A DNA stretch of 64,000 bases from an uncultured delta proteobacterium (GTDB lineage: Bacteria > Desulfobacterota > RBG-13-43-22), in contig CAWBOS010000010.1 of the NCBI GenBank assembly GCA_963790475.1, positions 1,376,001-1,440,000 on the forward strand. The letters run 5' to 3'. Under the pieces are notes generated by a model. That model was not told the origin of the DNA. It made no database searches and saw only the letters and a program-made list of their open reading frames with translations. Position 1 is the stretch's first letter; every line of letters starts with the position of its first letter. Made by a program: the position numbers and the translations under genes. Shown here in pieces: positions 18,571 through 29,791 of this stretch.

Positions 18571-19851
18571 TTAGAATTTAAACTGGAAACCGACTTGAGC
18601 CATATCATAATCGTTTCCGAACTTGGAGGATGAATAACTACGGTGTTCCCAGGCAACAAAAGGCATGAATGCATTGGTAACATCGTAGGACATACCGGCT
18701 ACATAAGTGGTATAATCGTCACTGGATACGTCAGTGTTGGGGTCAAAATTATACCATCGGCCGAAGGCCCTGAGTTTCTCCACAGTCGGAATACGCACGA
18801 ACCCTTCCACTAAATAAGCCGTGCGCTTATTTTCTTCCGTGGAAGTGGAAGTGCCCTGGCCCCAATAATATTGACCCATCAAGGTAAAATAGGAGTTCTG
18901 AAATGAAATCTGTCCGATATTCATCTGCCAGTTTGGGAAATCATTGGTTCTACCGACGGTGGCGAAGGTGCTATTGCTGGATCCATAGCTCCCCACATAA
19001 GCCAATTGAAGCCCCTCTAAAACCGGCACCATGGGAGCCGGACGGAAATAGACTAACCCGGAAACGGTCTTGTTAGTATTGGCTTCCGTGTTGTTATACC
19101 CCGGTCCGTTATAAACCCCCAACCAATAACCGCCCCACTTTCCCGCAAATTGCTTGGAGGCAAATTTCAAATACTCATCATTCATATAACCTCCAAAAGC
19201 CCCATAGTTGTCAATACCCAGATCGGCCGAGGACTGAATCCCTAAATCATCCATAAGATGCTTGCCCTGGACTCGGTAAGGCCAGATGGCGGAATCATAG
19301 GCATCCGAAGGGGTATGCACCAACCCCATTTCGGTGTTCGTACCCAAAAGCTTAAGCTCGGCATAGGCATACTTCAAACGCAATTCCAACCCCTGACCTT
19401 TATCATTCGCATCTTTTGATGTAAACAAATCGGAGGTAATATTCATCCCCAACCATCCGTTGAATTCCTTGGTTAAGGTGGCATAGGCCCGGTTCAGGAC
19501 GAACTGGTTAGTCGAAGCCCCATTTGTAACGTTTCTGTTGTCCCATTCGCTAAAGATGGTAGTTCCAAATTTAAACCCTCTTAAAGCCGGGGGCAGTAAG
19601 CCGCCCTTGTCGGCTTCTTTTCTGATATCCTCCTTTATGGCCTTACTGGATCCTTCATTCTCCTTCTTGGTGTTGGAGTGCACTTCGTTCATTAAATCAT
19701 TAGCTTCCTCTTGGGTGATAACCCCTTTCTTTTGAAGAAGGTTTAAAAGATGCATAACATCCATCTCTCCGGCCCATAGGGGTGTTAGGCCCCCCCAGAC
19801 CAAAAAGCAACCCAAAGCCATCAAACAACAACTCCATTTTTTCCAATTCAT
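18571..19851 (-). CDS. Outer-membrane porin-like beta-barrel, probably phosphate-regulated
   Basis: Signal peptide, LLQKKGVITQEEA N-terminal helix, C-terminal VGFQFKF; Pho boxes upstream. Confidence 0.75.
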   Translation of the reverse strand: MNWKKWSCCLMALGCFLVWGGLTPLWAGEMDVMHLLNLLQKKGVITQEEANDLMNEVHSNTKKENEGSSKAIKEDIRKEADKGGLLPPALRGFKFGTTIFSEWDNRNVTNGASTNQFVLNRAYATLTKEFNGWLGMNITSDLFTSKDANDKGQGLELRLKYAYAELKLLGTNTEMGLVHTPSDAYDSAIWPYRVQGKHLMDDLGIQSSADLGIDNYGAFGGYMNDEYLKFASKQFAGKWGGYWLGVYNGPGYNNTEANTNKTVSGLVYFRPAPMVPVLEGLQLAYVGSYGSSNSTFATVGRTNDFPNWQMNIGQISFQNSYFTLMGQYYWGQGTSTSTEENKRTAYLVEGFVRIPTVEKLRAFGRWYNFDPNTDVSSDDYTTYVAGMSYDVTNAFMPFVAWEHRSYSSSKFGNDYDMAQVGFQFKF

Positions 19852-19933
19852 GCTTTTCTCCTTTCTTCCTTTCCAAAATTGATTTTATGGTTTCTCTGTT
19901 GAGAAGATCATGAAGGGAAGGGTAGGAGAAGGA

Positions 19934-19974
19934 TGTTACGGGAATATGACCGGTTCATGAATTATCGGTTAAGA
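19934..19974 (-). promoter_or_regulatory. Pho boxes upstream of the porin
   Basis: Minus strand CTTAAC / ATTCAT / GGTCAT / CGTAAC at 11-bp period. Confidence 0.65.
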
Positions 19975-20153
19975 ACCCGGGTTTTGATCATCCTTGGCCC
20001 TTTATCGGATCTTTTTCAGGGGCCATCAAAAATGTTTCTAAAATGTAATCAAATCAAGATTCTGCACCTCACCAAGAATAAGGAATGTACCTATTTCCTG
20101 AATACAATTCAAAATATCTTATTGGAGAATAGGGAGATGAGCAGGAGAAGGAA

Positions 20154-20193
20154 TTGTTAAGGAATCTTAATCTGACTGTAACAAGATTGTAAC
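20154..20193 (+). promoter_or_regulatory. Pho boxes upstream of pstS2
   Basis: TTGTTAA / TCTTAAT / CTGTAAC / TTGTAAC at 11-bp period. Confidence 0.7.
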
Positions 20194-20238
20194 AAAAGAT
20201 GTTTAACTTTAACTTTAATAATTTAAGGAGGAATTTCC

Positions 20239-21135
20239 ATGAAAAAATTACTGATTACTGGCTTAATATCTTTTAGTATAATGGTCTTGTTGATCCCATC
20301 CCTTGTCTTTTCGGCAACCTTCATCCAGGTCAAAGGCTCCGATACGGAGGTCAACCTGGTTCAGCGGCTGGCGGAGAATTTCATGAAAAAGAACACGAAT
20401 TACAGTGTTGCCGTCACCGGCGGCGGATCGGGGGTGGGGATCGCGGCCATCATCAATAAAACCACCGATCTTTGTAACGCCTCAAGACCTATGAAGGATA
20501 CTGAGATCGCCCAGGCCAAGGCCAATAAGGTCAATCCTCTCGGTGTTGTTTTTGCCGTGGACGGCCTTTCAGTCATCATCAATCCCAAGAATACGGTTAA
20601 ATCCCTGACCGTGGACCAGATCGGTCAGATTTATCGCGGGGAACTGACCAACTGGAAACAGGCCGGTGGCCCTGATCTGCCCATCACCCTCTATGGACGG
20701 CAGCCCAACTCCGGCACTTTTGTCTTTTTCCGGGAAGTCGTGGTTCGCGGAGATTACGCCAACAAGATGAATCAAATGAACGGCAATGCTCAAATTCTTG
20801 AAGCCGTTAAAAAGGATGCCGGAGGAATAGGCTATGTTGGCATCGGATATGTGGTGGACAATTCCGGGAAAGTGGTTTCCGGGATCAAGGTCTGCGAGGT
20901 AGCCAAGGACAGCCGGAGTAAGGCCTTTTCTCCTTTGAAGTTGGAAAATGTCATGAACGGCTCCTATCCCCTTACCCGGCCCCTTTACCAGTATTTTGAT
21001 GGAAACAACCGGACCAAGGTGGAAGCCTTTATCAGGTACGAACTGAGTCCGGAAGGGGTAGCCACCATCCGGAAGGACGGCTTTTATCCCTTGACAGAAC
21101 AGTGGAAAAAGCATAATGCCCAACTCAACTTTTAG
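20239..21135 (+). CDS. pstS: Phosphate-binding protein, second PstS subfamily
   Basis: VKGSDT, GGGSGVG, GRQPNSGT, YPLTRPLY. Confidence 0.92.
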   Translation: MKKLLITGLISFSIMVLLIPSLVFSATFIQVKGSDTEVNLVQRLAENFMKKNTNYSVAVTGGGSGVGIAAIINKTTDLCNASRPMKDTEIAQAKANKVNPLGVVFAVDGLSVIINPKNTVKSLTVDQIGQIYRGELTNWKQAGGPDLPITLYGRQPNSGTFVFFREVVVRGDYANKMNQMNGNAQILEAVKKDAGGIGYVGIGYVVDNSGKVVSGIKVCEVAKDSRSKAFSPLKLENVMNGSYPLTRPLYQYFDGNNRTKVEAFIRYELSPEGVATIRKDGFYPLTEQWKKHNAQLNF

Positions 21136-22048
21136 AGAGAACACTCTGTCTCTTTCCCGGGAGGTCAGGATATGGAGGCGCCTCCAGGACCGGATAATTC
21201 ACCGGTTTTTTCAGTTCAATGGAATACTCTCCATCCTGATCCTCTTGGGGATTTTTATCCTCTTATTGGCCAACGCCTTCCCGGCCATAAAAAACCTGGG
21301 CCCTTCCAGTTTTTTTTCCATGATCTGGAATCCTACTTCCTATGTAAAAGAAACTTATGGCCTGGGGGCCATGATCGTCAGCACCCTGATGATCACCTTC
21401 GGGGCCCTGTTTATTGCCGTACCCATTGGTCTGGGGTGCGCGGCCTATCTGGCTGAAACGGCCCCGGGATGGCTGCGGGAAATCCTGAAACCGGTGATCG
21501 AAATTCTGGCCGGAATCCCTTCGGTGGTCCTGGGTTTCCTGGGCATCGTGGTTGTCGGACCGGCCATAGCCGAAGTTTTTCATCTCCCGAATGGACTCAA
21601 TGCCGTCAACGGGTCTATTCTGCTGGCGGTCATGAGTCTTCCGACCATTATCAGCATTTCCGAAGACGCCATTTCCTCGGTTCCCCGAACTTATAAAGAT
21701 GCTTCGTTGGCCCTGGGGGCCACTCGTTGGCAGACCTTGATCAAGGTCGTATTCCCATCGGCCCTTTCCGGAATCATCGCTTCGGTGATGCTGGGTATGG
21801 GACGGGCCATCGGGGAGACCATGACGGTCCTCATGGCCACGGGCAATGCCCTGAGCACCCCTCATAGTTTTTTCGATTCCGTCCGAACCATGACCGCTGC
21901 CATCGCCATAGAATTGGGGGAAGTCCCTTTTGGGTCCAACCACTATCATGGTTTGTTTGTGGTTGGGTTCATCCTTTTTCTGATGACCTTTGCCGTGAAT
22001 CTGATTGCCGATATCGTGCTGGCCAAATACCAGGAAGTTGAGAGATGA
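21116..22048 (+). CDS. pstC: Phosphate ABC permease (start uncertain)
   Basis: LAGIPSVVLG, GRAIGETMTV. Confidence 0.92.
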   Translation: MPNSTFRENTLSLSREVRIWRRLQDRIIHRFFQFNGILSILILLGIFILLLANAFPAIKNLGPSSFFSMIWNPTSYVKETYGLGAMIVSTLMITFGALFIAVPIGLGCAAYLAETAPGWLREILKPVIEILAGIPSVVLGFLGIVVVGPAIAEVFHLPNGLNAVNGSILLAVMSLPTIISISEDAISSVPRTYKDASLALGATRWQTLIKVVFPSALSGIIASVMLGMGRAIGETMTVLMATGNALSTPHSFFDSVRTMTAAIAIELGEVPFGSNHYHGLFVVGFILFLMTFAVNLIADIVLAKYQEVER

Positions 22049-22905
22049 AAACAAGGGCCTTAACCGAAAAGATCGGCTTTACCGGCTTGATGCTGGCCAG
22101 CGCCCTGGTGGTCCTCATCCTGTTCGGGATCCTGACCAATATTTTTTATAATGGGTTCTCTGTTTTGAGCTGGGGATTCCTTACCGAATCCCCTCGGGAG
22201 GGGATGACGGCCGGAGGAATCCTGCCGGCCATCATCGGGACCTTTCTGGTCAGCCTGATCACCATCATTCTGGCTGTTCCCCTGGGCATGTTCAGCGCCA
22301 TTTACCTCAATGAATATGCCTATCAGGGCCGGCTGGTTCGTGTGATCCGGCTGTCCATACGGAACCTTTCCGGAGTTCCGTCCATTGTCTATGGCCTGTT
22401 CGGCGTGGCCCTTTTTGTCCGGTTTCTTCATTTTGGGGCCAGTATTCTTTCCGCCGGTCTGACCTTAGGACTCCTGACCCTGCCCTGGACGATTACCGCC
22501 AGCGAGGAGGCCTTGAAGACTGTGCCCAAGGCCTTTCGGGATGGGGCCTTGGCCCTGGGGGCCACCAAGTGGCAGGCCATCCGCACCAATGTCCTCCCTT
22601 ATGCCGTCCCCGGCATGCTGACCGGAGCCATACTGGGGTTGGCCCGGGCCGCCGGTGAAACCGCTCCGATTTTATTTACCGGGGCGGCCTTTTTTATCCC
22701 TTTTCTTCCCCACTCTCTTTTTGATCAGTTTATGGCCCTCCCCTATCATCTTTATATTCTGGCCACCCAGCACCAGGACATCGCCAAGGTCCGTCCCATC
22801 GCCTACGGGACCGCCCTGGTATTGATCGCTCTCATCCTTTGTCTCAACGCGGTGGCCGTCACCATACGTTATCGATACCGCAAGAAAGCCAGGATGGCGG
22901 GGTAA
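22045..22905 (+). CDS. pstA: Phosphate ABC permease
   Basis: [24 protein letters not shown]. Confidence 0.93.
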   Translation: MKTRALTEKIGFTGLMLASALVVLILFGILTNIFYNGFSVLSWGFLTESPREGMTAGGILPAIIGTFLVSLITIILAVPLGMFSAIYLNEYAYQGRLVRVIRLSIRNLSGVPSIVYGLFGVALFVRFLHFGASILSAGLTLGLLTLPWTITASEEALKTVPKAFRDGALALGATKWQAIRTNVLPYAVPGMLTGAILGLARAAGETAPILFTGAAFFIPFLPHSLFDQFMALPYHLYILATQHQDIAKVRPIAYGTALVLIALILCLNAVAVTIRYRYRKKARMAG

Positions 22906-22906
22906 C

Positions 22907-23695
22907 ATGGCTCCTGTCGACTCATCCGTTCATCCTGCCAGTCCGGCCAAGATCATTGTCCGTGATTTAAACTTCTATTATGGTTCCCATCTGGCTTTGG
23001 ATAATCTGAATCTGGATATCCCTCCCAACCGGGTCACCGCCTTTATCGGTCCTTCCGGATGCGGGAAAAGCACCTTTTTACGCTGCCTGAATCGTATGAA
23101 TGAGACTATATTGGGGACCCGGATCGAAGGAACGGTCCTCATAGACGGTGAAAACATTTATGCCCCGGAAGTCGATGTAGTCGATGTGCGCCGCCGGATA
23201 GGGATGGTTTTTCAAAAATCGAACCCTTTTCCAAAAACGATTTTTGAAAACGTGGCCTACGGACTGCGCATCAACGGATTGAGGGACAGGCACAAGATTG
23301 CCGAGCTGGTAGAGACCAGTCTGATTAATGCCGCTATCTGGGAAGAAGTAAAAGACCGGCTCGATGAATCGGCCATGGGATTGTCGGGCGGCCAGCAACA
23401 GCGGCTGTGCATCGCCCGGGCTTTGGCTATTGAACCGGAAGTGATTTTAATGGATGAGCCGGCCTCGGCCTTAGACCCCATCGCCACCCAAAAGATCGAA
23501 GATCTGATTCAACACCTGAAAAAAAATTATACCATCGTTATCGTCACCCACAACATGCAGCAGGCCGCCCGCGTTTCCGATATCACCGCTTTCTTTTATC
23601 TGGGAAAACTCATTGAAGTCAATGAGACCGGAATTCTTTTTACAAAACCCCGGTTGACTCAAACGGAAGATTATATCACCGGAAGGTTCGGTTGA
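22907..23695 (+). CDS. pstB: Phosphate ABC ATPase
   Basis: [26 protein letters not shown]. Confidence 0.95.
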   Translation: MAPVDSSVHPASPAKIIVRDLNFYYGSHLALDNLNLDIPPNRVTAFIGPSGCGKSTFLRCLNRMNETILGTRIEGTVLIDGENIYAPEVDVVDVRRRIGMVFQKSNPFPKTIFENVAYGLRINGLRDRHKIAELVETSLINAAIWEEVKDRLDESAMGLSGGQQQRLCIARALAIEPEVILMDEPASALDPIATQKIEDLIQHLKKNYTIVIVTHNMQQAARVSDITAFFYLGKLIEVNETGILFTKPRLTQTEDYITGRFG

Positions 23696-23801
23696 ATTAC
23701 GCCGGGTAAGCTAATTGATTTTCTAATTTCAATGGTGTACTCTCTAAAAAAAGAGGTTACTCGTTGGAGGCTGAAAAATCGAACCCCGAACCAACCAATC
23801 T

Positions 23802-25131
23802 TTGACTATCCTGGTGGTGGATGATGAGGTCAATATCCGTAAAACCTTATCGGTTTGCCTGGAAACCGAAGGCCATAAGGTTTTTGGAGTAAGCAATTTT
23901 CAGGATGCCCTGATTGAAGCCGCACACCGATCTTTCGATCTGGCTTTTGTCGATTTGCGTCTCGGCACCGAGGACGGCCTTGATCTGATTCCGGCCTTAC
24001 TGGCTGCATCGCCCTGGCTCAAGATCATCGTCATCACGGCCTATGCCTCCATCGATACGGCCGTTGAGGCCATGCGTCGTGGCGCTACCGACTATATCCC
24101 AAAACCATTCACGCCCACCCAGGTCAAGCTGGCCGTTCAAAAAACGTTTAACATACGCAACCTGGAACAAAAAGTGGCCGCCTTACAAGAAGACCTGGGA
24201 CGCTCCAATCCCGAGATTAGACTGGACAGTGCCAGCCCGGCAATGCAGCGAGCAGTGAATCTGGCCCGGCAGGCGGCCCCATCCGAGGCCACGATTCTTC
24301 TTCGTGGAGAAAGCGGAACCGGCAAGACCGTCCTGGCCAAGGCCATTCACTCCTGGAGCAAGCGGGCGGCCAAACCCCTCGGCATCATTTCCTGCCCATC
24401 GTTTTCCTCGGAATTGCTCGAAAGCGAGCTATTCGGACATATCAAAGGGGCTTTCACCGGAGCCGTCCGCGACAATCCGGGTCGTATTGCCGCCTGCCAG
24501 GGGGGCACACTTCTTCTGGATGAGATCGGAGATTTGCCCCTGTCCCTTCAACCGAAGTTGCTGCGTTTTATCCAGGAAAGGGAATATGAACGGGTCGGCG
24601 ATTCATTTACTCGGAAAGCCGATGTTCGTCTGATTACAGCCACCAACGTGGATTTGGAAAAGGCGGTGAAGGAAGGTCAGTTCCGGGAAGATCTCTTTTT
24701 TCGACTCAATGTGATTCAAATCGAAATCCCCCCATTGCGGGATCGTCCGGAAGATGTAATTACACTTGCCGAACAATTACTGTTATTCTATGGACGGAAG
24801 AATCATCGCTCTTTATTTGGGATTTACTCCGGAAGCCATTCAAGCCCTCAGTCAATATGCCTGGCCGGGGAATGTCCGGGAATTAAACAATATCATTGAA
24901 CGCGCTGCCATTTTTTGCCGGACCGAGCGTGTCGGCATCGAATGTCTCCCCACCAACCTGCTCCCCAGTGAATCCCTGCCAACAATCGGCGATCCAGTCA
25001 CCCTTGGGAAAAATCGAAGAACAGCATATCCGGAGAATCCTGGCCACCACCAAGTCATTACAGGAAGCGGCCGACATCCTGGGTATCGATCAAGCCACCC
25101 TTTGGCGCCGCCGTAAGAAGTACGGGATCTG
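23802..25131 (+). pseudogene. Sigma54-dependent response regulator (AlgB/NtrC-like) with two apparent +1 frameshifts, near 24815 and 25005
   Basis: Receiver, GESGTGK and GAFTGA are in one frame; YAWPGNVREL is in a second; the Fis HTH (AADILGIDQATLWRRRK) is in a third. Confidence 0.8.
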
Positions 25132-25338
25132 AAAATCCGAGAATCCTTAATCCTAAGGGTTTGCCCAACCATGGTCATAAAGAGGGCCGTCGATACCTTC
25201 TTCCCCTAGTCAATCAATTGGAATGAAAAAATTCTCTTGCACAATGGCTTAATTTCCATTATAAATATTTTTAAGCTTATCAAAAAAAATACCATTCAAA
25301 ATTTGCTTTTCTTTACCCGTGGATTATCAATTAAACTA

Positions 25339-25632
25339 ATGAAAAGAAAATTTACGCTATTCCTGCTCCTCTGTTTTTCTCTCACCATACTGGGGCTCGC
25401 CTTTCATCACCATCAGGATGGCGTCTCCCATGACGATTGTCCCATCTGTTTTAATGTCGCCCACCAGGCCAACTTCGCTTTTGTCGATGTTCCTCAAATC
25501 GAATTACCAACTTTCGATATTTTCCTCGTATCTTTAGAAAATACAATTAATTTTTCCTATCTTTTTTGCCCTCTCTATTCAAAACGAGCTCCCCCTGAGT
25601 ATTTTCCAAACGCCAAAACGACTCTAATTTAA
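25339..25632 (+). CDS. DUF2946-like leader protein (signal peptide, His-rich CPIC, RAPP)
   Basis: MKRKFTLFLLL...HHHQDGVSHDDCPIC...SKRAPP. Confidence 0.7.
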   Translation: MKRKFTLFLLLCFSLTILGLAFHHHQDGVSHDDCPICFNVAHQANFAFVDVPQIELPTFDIFLVSLENTINFSYLFCPLYSKRAPPEYFPNAKTTLI

Positions 25633-25682
25633 GAAACCAAGAGACATTTCATCAGAAAAGTTGAATAGGAGGAAATGCCATC

Positions 25683-27062
25683 ATGAAGAGCATGATTGCA
25701 CTCGTCATACTTGTATCTTTGTCATTTTCGACAGTCCTGTCTGCTGAGACCTTGGAAGATCGAATAAAAATCCTTGAGGACACTCTCAAAAAACAGGAAC
25801 AGACCCTTTCCGAGCAACGAAAGTTGATCGAAGAATTAAAAGCAGGAATCCAGTCTCCTGCTCCCTCCGCTGGTTCCGCGACGACTCAGACCGTAGCGCC
25901 CGTGCCGATGCAACAGCAAGTACAGGAGTTGAAGGAGAAGGTGGATCAGGTGGTCGAAGCGCAGAAGAAGACCGTTCCCAGCATATTCAATCCTTCCATC
26001 GGACTCGTAGGTGAAACGGTTTTCTCCTACCGCAGCAAGGGAAAGAACGACACAGGCAGCGACCGGCCCGGCGGGTTCGACGTATTCCAACGTTCGGTGG
26101 AATTGAACCTGAGCGCATCAGTCGACCCCTTTGCCCGCGGTTATGCGGTGATCAATGCCTCTGCCGACCCGATTACCGGCGAATCGAGCGCTACAGTGGA
26201 AGAGGCCGCCATAGTCACGACCTCACTGCCCTGGAACCTGACGGTTCAAGCGGGACGATTCTTTGCTGAATTCGGCCGGTTGGCCTACATCCACGATCAT
26301 GAACTGCCCGTTGTGAATCGTCCTCTGGTGCTCGATCGATACATCGGCGGCGAATCAAAAACAGACGGGGTACAGCTCAACTACCTGCTGCCGATCCCGC
26401 ATTACGTGAGCCTGACCGTGGGCGCGGGAAATCAATTTGGCGGCACACCCAATAATGTCGGCGATTTCCGTGACTTCAGCGGATTGAACCTTTGGGGCCG
26501 CTTATCCACCTATTTTGACCTGACACCCGATATCTCCTTCGAGCCCGGCCTTTCCGGGCTGTGGAATCCGAGTGCCAATGACCGTGGCGGCGCGCTTCTC
26601 CAACCCGATGGCAGCACGCTCTCCGAACGTGAGCGCCGCTTGTACGGAGCAGACTTCGTGCTGAGCTGGCGGCCTCTGCGCAACAATCAGTTCCAGAGCA
26701 TCACTTGGGGAACGGAAGTGCTCTACAGCGACAACCATTATGACGTTAATTCATCAGGCGGCGACCTGTCCAGCCGCTCCGTGAGCTCCTTGGGGCTGTA
26801 TTCGTATCTCGCTTACAAGTTCCATCGGCAATGGACCGCCGGGTTCGCCTTTGACTGGCTGGAGGACGCGCTGAATAAAGAAGCCAAAACCTCAGCCTAC
26901 TCTCCCTACCTCACCTGGTCTTTGAGCCACTGGAATCAACTGCGCCTTCAATACACACACACCGAGAACAATGCCGCGACCGGCCTGCGCTCCGATGATG
27001 CCGTTTATTTGCAATGGTCCTGGATTATCGGCTCACATTCACATGGGTGGCAGCAACGCTGA
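25683..27062 (+). CDS. Outer-membrane beta-barrel with an N-terminal coiled coil, associated with metal ABC uptake
   Basis: Signal peptide, FNPSIG, VDPF, HDHE and C-terminal IGSHSHG. Confidence 0.75.
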   Translation: MKSMIALVILVSLSFSTVLSAETLEDRIKILEDTLKKQEQTLSEQRKLIEELKAGIQSPAPSAGSATTQTVAPVPMQQQVQELKEKVDQVVEAQKKTVPSIFNPSIGLVGETVFSYRSKGKNDTGSDRPGGFDVFQRSVELNLSASVDPFARGYAVINASADPITGESSATVEEAAIVTTSLPWNLTVQAGRFFAEFGRLAYIHDHELPVVNRPLVLDRYIGGESKTDGVQLNYLLPIPHYVSLTVGAGNQFGGTPNNVGDFRDFSGLNLWGRLSTYFDLTPDISFEPGLSGLWNPSANDRGGALLQPDGSTLSERERRLYGADFVLSWRPLRNNQFQSITWGTEVLYSDNHYDVNSSGGDLSSRSVSSLGLYSYLAYKFHRQWTAGFAFDWLEDALNKEAKTSAYSPYLTWSLSHWNQLRLQYTHTENNAATGLRSDDAVYLQWSWIIGSHSHGWQQR

Positions 27063-27084
27063 CCCTGAAAAGGAGGAACCCAAC

Positions 27085-28017
27085 ATGAAATCTAAATTAT
27101 TCAGTTTAATAACGATCATCGCGCTCATTGGGTTATGGTCCGGTTGGGCGATGCCTGCCCAGGCGGCTAAAATCCGCATAGTCACAACACTAACCGACTT
27201 AGCGGACTTTGCCCGCGCCGTCGGCGGCGACCTGGTCGAAGTTCACAGCCTGGCCACGGGCGTCGAAGATACCCACGGGGTCCCGATGAAACCAAGCTTC
27301 GTGCCGATCATGAACCGGGCAGACCTCTTGGTCCTGGTAGGTTTCGATTGCGAGCACGCCTTCCTGCCCGCACTGCTGGAAGCGAGCAAGAATCCGCGCA
27401 TCCAGATCGGCACCTCCGGCTACGTTGACTGTTCGAAGGGCATTATCCCCCGCGATGTGCCCAAGTCAACCGATCACTCTGCGGGGGACGTCCATCCTTA
27501 CGGCAACCCGCACTACGTGCTCGATCCGGTATTGGCAAAGACCGCAATTGAGAACATCTATAACGCCCTGGGAACCTTCGCTCCACAATATCGTGCAGAA
27601 TTCACGCACAACCGCGATGCGTATCTCGCCAGGCTCAACGCCAAGATTGCCGAGTGGGAAAAGGAGGCCAAATCGCTCAAAGGCGTGAAGTTCGTCTCCT
27701 ATCACGAGCATTGGCCCTACTTCGCAGAACGCTTTGGCCTGGACTATTTCGGCACGATTGAACTGAAGCCGGGTATCGATCCGACGGCACGTCATATTGA
27801 GGAATTGATCACCGAGATGAGAGCCAATCATGTTCCTATCGTCGTACGCGAGCCGCAGTTTCCGGAAAAGGTACCGAAACGCATTGCCGAACAGACCGGT
27901 GCAACTCTGATAAAGCTGCCCATCATGCCGGGTGCCGTACCCAACACGGAGACGTACATTAAGATGATGGATTATATCGTTCACACCATGGTCACCGCCG
28001 TACAAGGCAGAAAATAA
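27085..28017 (+). CDS. Zn/Mn ABC substrate-binding protein (TroA family)
   Basis: EDTH, GDVHPYGNPHY, YHEHWPY; AGGAGG SD. Confidence 0.9.
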   Translation: MKSKLFSLITIIALIGLWSGWAMPAQAAKIRIVTTLTDLADFARAVGGDLVEVHSLATGVEDTHGVPMKPSFVPIMNRADLLVLVGFDCEHAFLPALLEASKNPRIQIGTSGYVDCSKGIIPRDVPKSTDHSAGDVHPYGNPHYVLDPVLAKTAIENIYNALGTFAPQYRAEFTHNRDAYLARLNAKIAEWEKEAKSLKGVKFVSYHEHWPYFAERFGLDYFGTIELKPGIDPTARHIEELITEMRANHVPIVVREPQFPEKVPKRIAEQTGATLIKLPIMPGAVPNTETYIKMMDYIVHTMVTAVQGRK

Positions 28018-28054
28018 AGTCAAAAGGAGCGGGCTCCATCCATGCCTTGCCCGG

Positions 28055-28777
28055 GTGGAGCCCATTTGCAAAGACATGAAAGATCCTCTCATCACATTGG
28101 ACAACCTGAGTATCGGGTACAACGGCCAGTCCGTACTTTCCGGAATTTCGCTCTCTCTTGCCCGGGCCAGCTTCACCGCTATTCTGGGTATCAACGGTTC
28201 GGGCAAATCGACCCTGCTCAAGACGATACTTGGACTGCTTCACCCGATCTCGGGCCGCATTGAGACTGGATCGCTGGTGTTCGGATACGTCCCTCAATCC
28301 ATTCAGTTCGATCCGGTTTATCTGCTGACAGGGTTCGAGGTAGCCCTGATGGGCACCTATGGACGCATCCGACCCGGGCATTTTGTCCCACCGACAGAAA
28401 AGTCCTTCACTCGAGAATGCCTGCGTGCCGCCGGTGCTGAAGAGTTTGCCCAGAAGCGGTTTGCCGAGCTCTCCGGCGGCCAGAAGCAACGGGTGCTCAT
28501 CGCCCGAGCCTTGACGACGGGCCCTGACGTCCTGGTCCTCGACGAACCCACCGCAGGAGTGGACCACGCCGCGACGCAAGCGGTGCTGGAGTTTATTGTA
28601 CAAATCCGCAAGGAAAGAAAAATCACGATTTTGCTCGTCACGCATGACTTTGCCGTGGTTCGCCGTCACGCCGAGCAGGTCATCTGGCTTCATGAGGGCA
28701 GGGTGCTCCACGGCACCACGGACGAATTACTCTCCCGGGAGAAGATGGCGGAAATTTTCAAAATGGAGATCGGCTGA
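28055..28777 (+). CDS. Metal ABC ATPase
   Basis: GINGSGKST, LSGGQKQRV. Confidence 0.9.
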   Translation: MEPICKDMKDPLITLDNLSIGYNGQSVLSGISLSLARASFTAILGINGSGKSTLLKTILGLLHPISGRIETGSLVFGYVPQSIQFDPVYLLTGFEVALMGTYGRIRPGHFVPPTEKSFTRECLRAAGAEEFAQKRFAELSGGQKQRVLIARALTTGPDVLVLDEPTAGVDHAATQAVLEFIVQIRKERKITILLVTHDFAVVRRHAEQVIWLHEGRVLHGTTDELLSREKMAEIFKMEIG

Positions 28778-28778
28778 A

Positions 28779-29669
28779 ATGGAGACCTTATATCAAATTC
28801 TCTCACCCGATTTCCTCCTGCGTAATTCGGTTTATGCCAGTGTACTCATCGGGTTTGCTTGCCCGCTTGTCGGTGTGTTTCTGGTGATGCGCCGGTTGGT
28901 GTTTATGGGTGTAGCCCTGCCGCAGATTTCCTCGACGGGCATCGCTATCGCCCTTTCGCTCCCCTTATGGTTCGGATTCAAACTGGCCGATCATGGCTCG
29001 CAAAGCGCTCATGCGCTTGCTTTTGTAGGCTCGACGATCTTTTCGTTGACCGCTATCCTGGTGTTGGCGCTTTTGGAACGACGCGGACGCGGCCTGCCCG
29101 AAGGCCGGCTGGGGACAGCCTATGTCGTGGCCTCCGCCTTGAGTATCCTGTTGCTGTCAAAAAACCCCTATGGCGAGATCGGTTGGTTAGATCTGCTGAA
29201 GGGGGAGGTGATCACCGTCTCCAATTTCGATCTCGTGCTTACGGCCGCCACCCTTACCCTCGTTCTCGCTATACTCGGACTGTTCCACAAGGAGTTTCTC
29301 CTGGTCTCGTTCGACCGCGAGATGGCAACGATACTTGGCAAGAACGTGGTTTTCTGGGACGTACTGCTCTATTTACTGATCGGCCTGACTGTTTCCATGG
29401 CTGTGCTCAGTGTCGGTCCGCTGATCGCCTTCGGATTTTTGTTGATCCCCGCGCTGACGGCACACCTGTTCGCCCGGAATATGCGCGCTTTCACGATGCT
29501 GGCCTCTTTGATCGGCGGCACGGCCGCCTTCTTCGGCTTCTGGATCGCCTATCAATGGGATTTACCGGTCGGCCCGACCGATGTCGTTCTCCTGGGTGTG
29601 TTCTATGCGATCGCCGGAGCTATCGTCAAACTGCTCTCCGGCAGCCCCCGACAGGCTCACAAGTCTTAG
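28779..29669 (+). CDS. Metal ABC permease (ABC-3)
   Basis: KEFLLVSFDREMA; multiple TM segments. Confidence 0.88.
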   Translation: METLYQILSPDFLLRNSVYASVLIGFACPLVGVFLVMRRLVFMGVALPQISSTGIAIALSLPLWFGFKLADHGSQSAHALAFVGSTIFSLTAILVLALLERRGRGLPEGRLGTAYVVASALSILLLSKNPYGEIGWLDLLKGEVITVSNFDLVLTAATLTLVLAILGLFHKEFLLVSFDREMATILGKNVVFWDVLLYLLIGLTVSMAVLSVGPLIAFGFLLIPALTAHLFARNMRAFTMLASLIGGTAAFFGFWIAYQWDLPVGPTDVVLLGVFYAIAGAIVKLLSGSPRQAHKS

Positions 29670-29791
29670 ACTGCACCGTTCATAGCTGGGCCGGTTTTGA
29701 AGGAACAGACGGATTTTGAGAAAAAAAGCTTCCATTCGGCTTTTAATGATTTTCCTGGAAGCTCGTTAGACTTAAAAAGGGGGATACCGAA

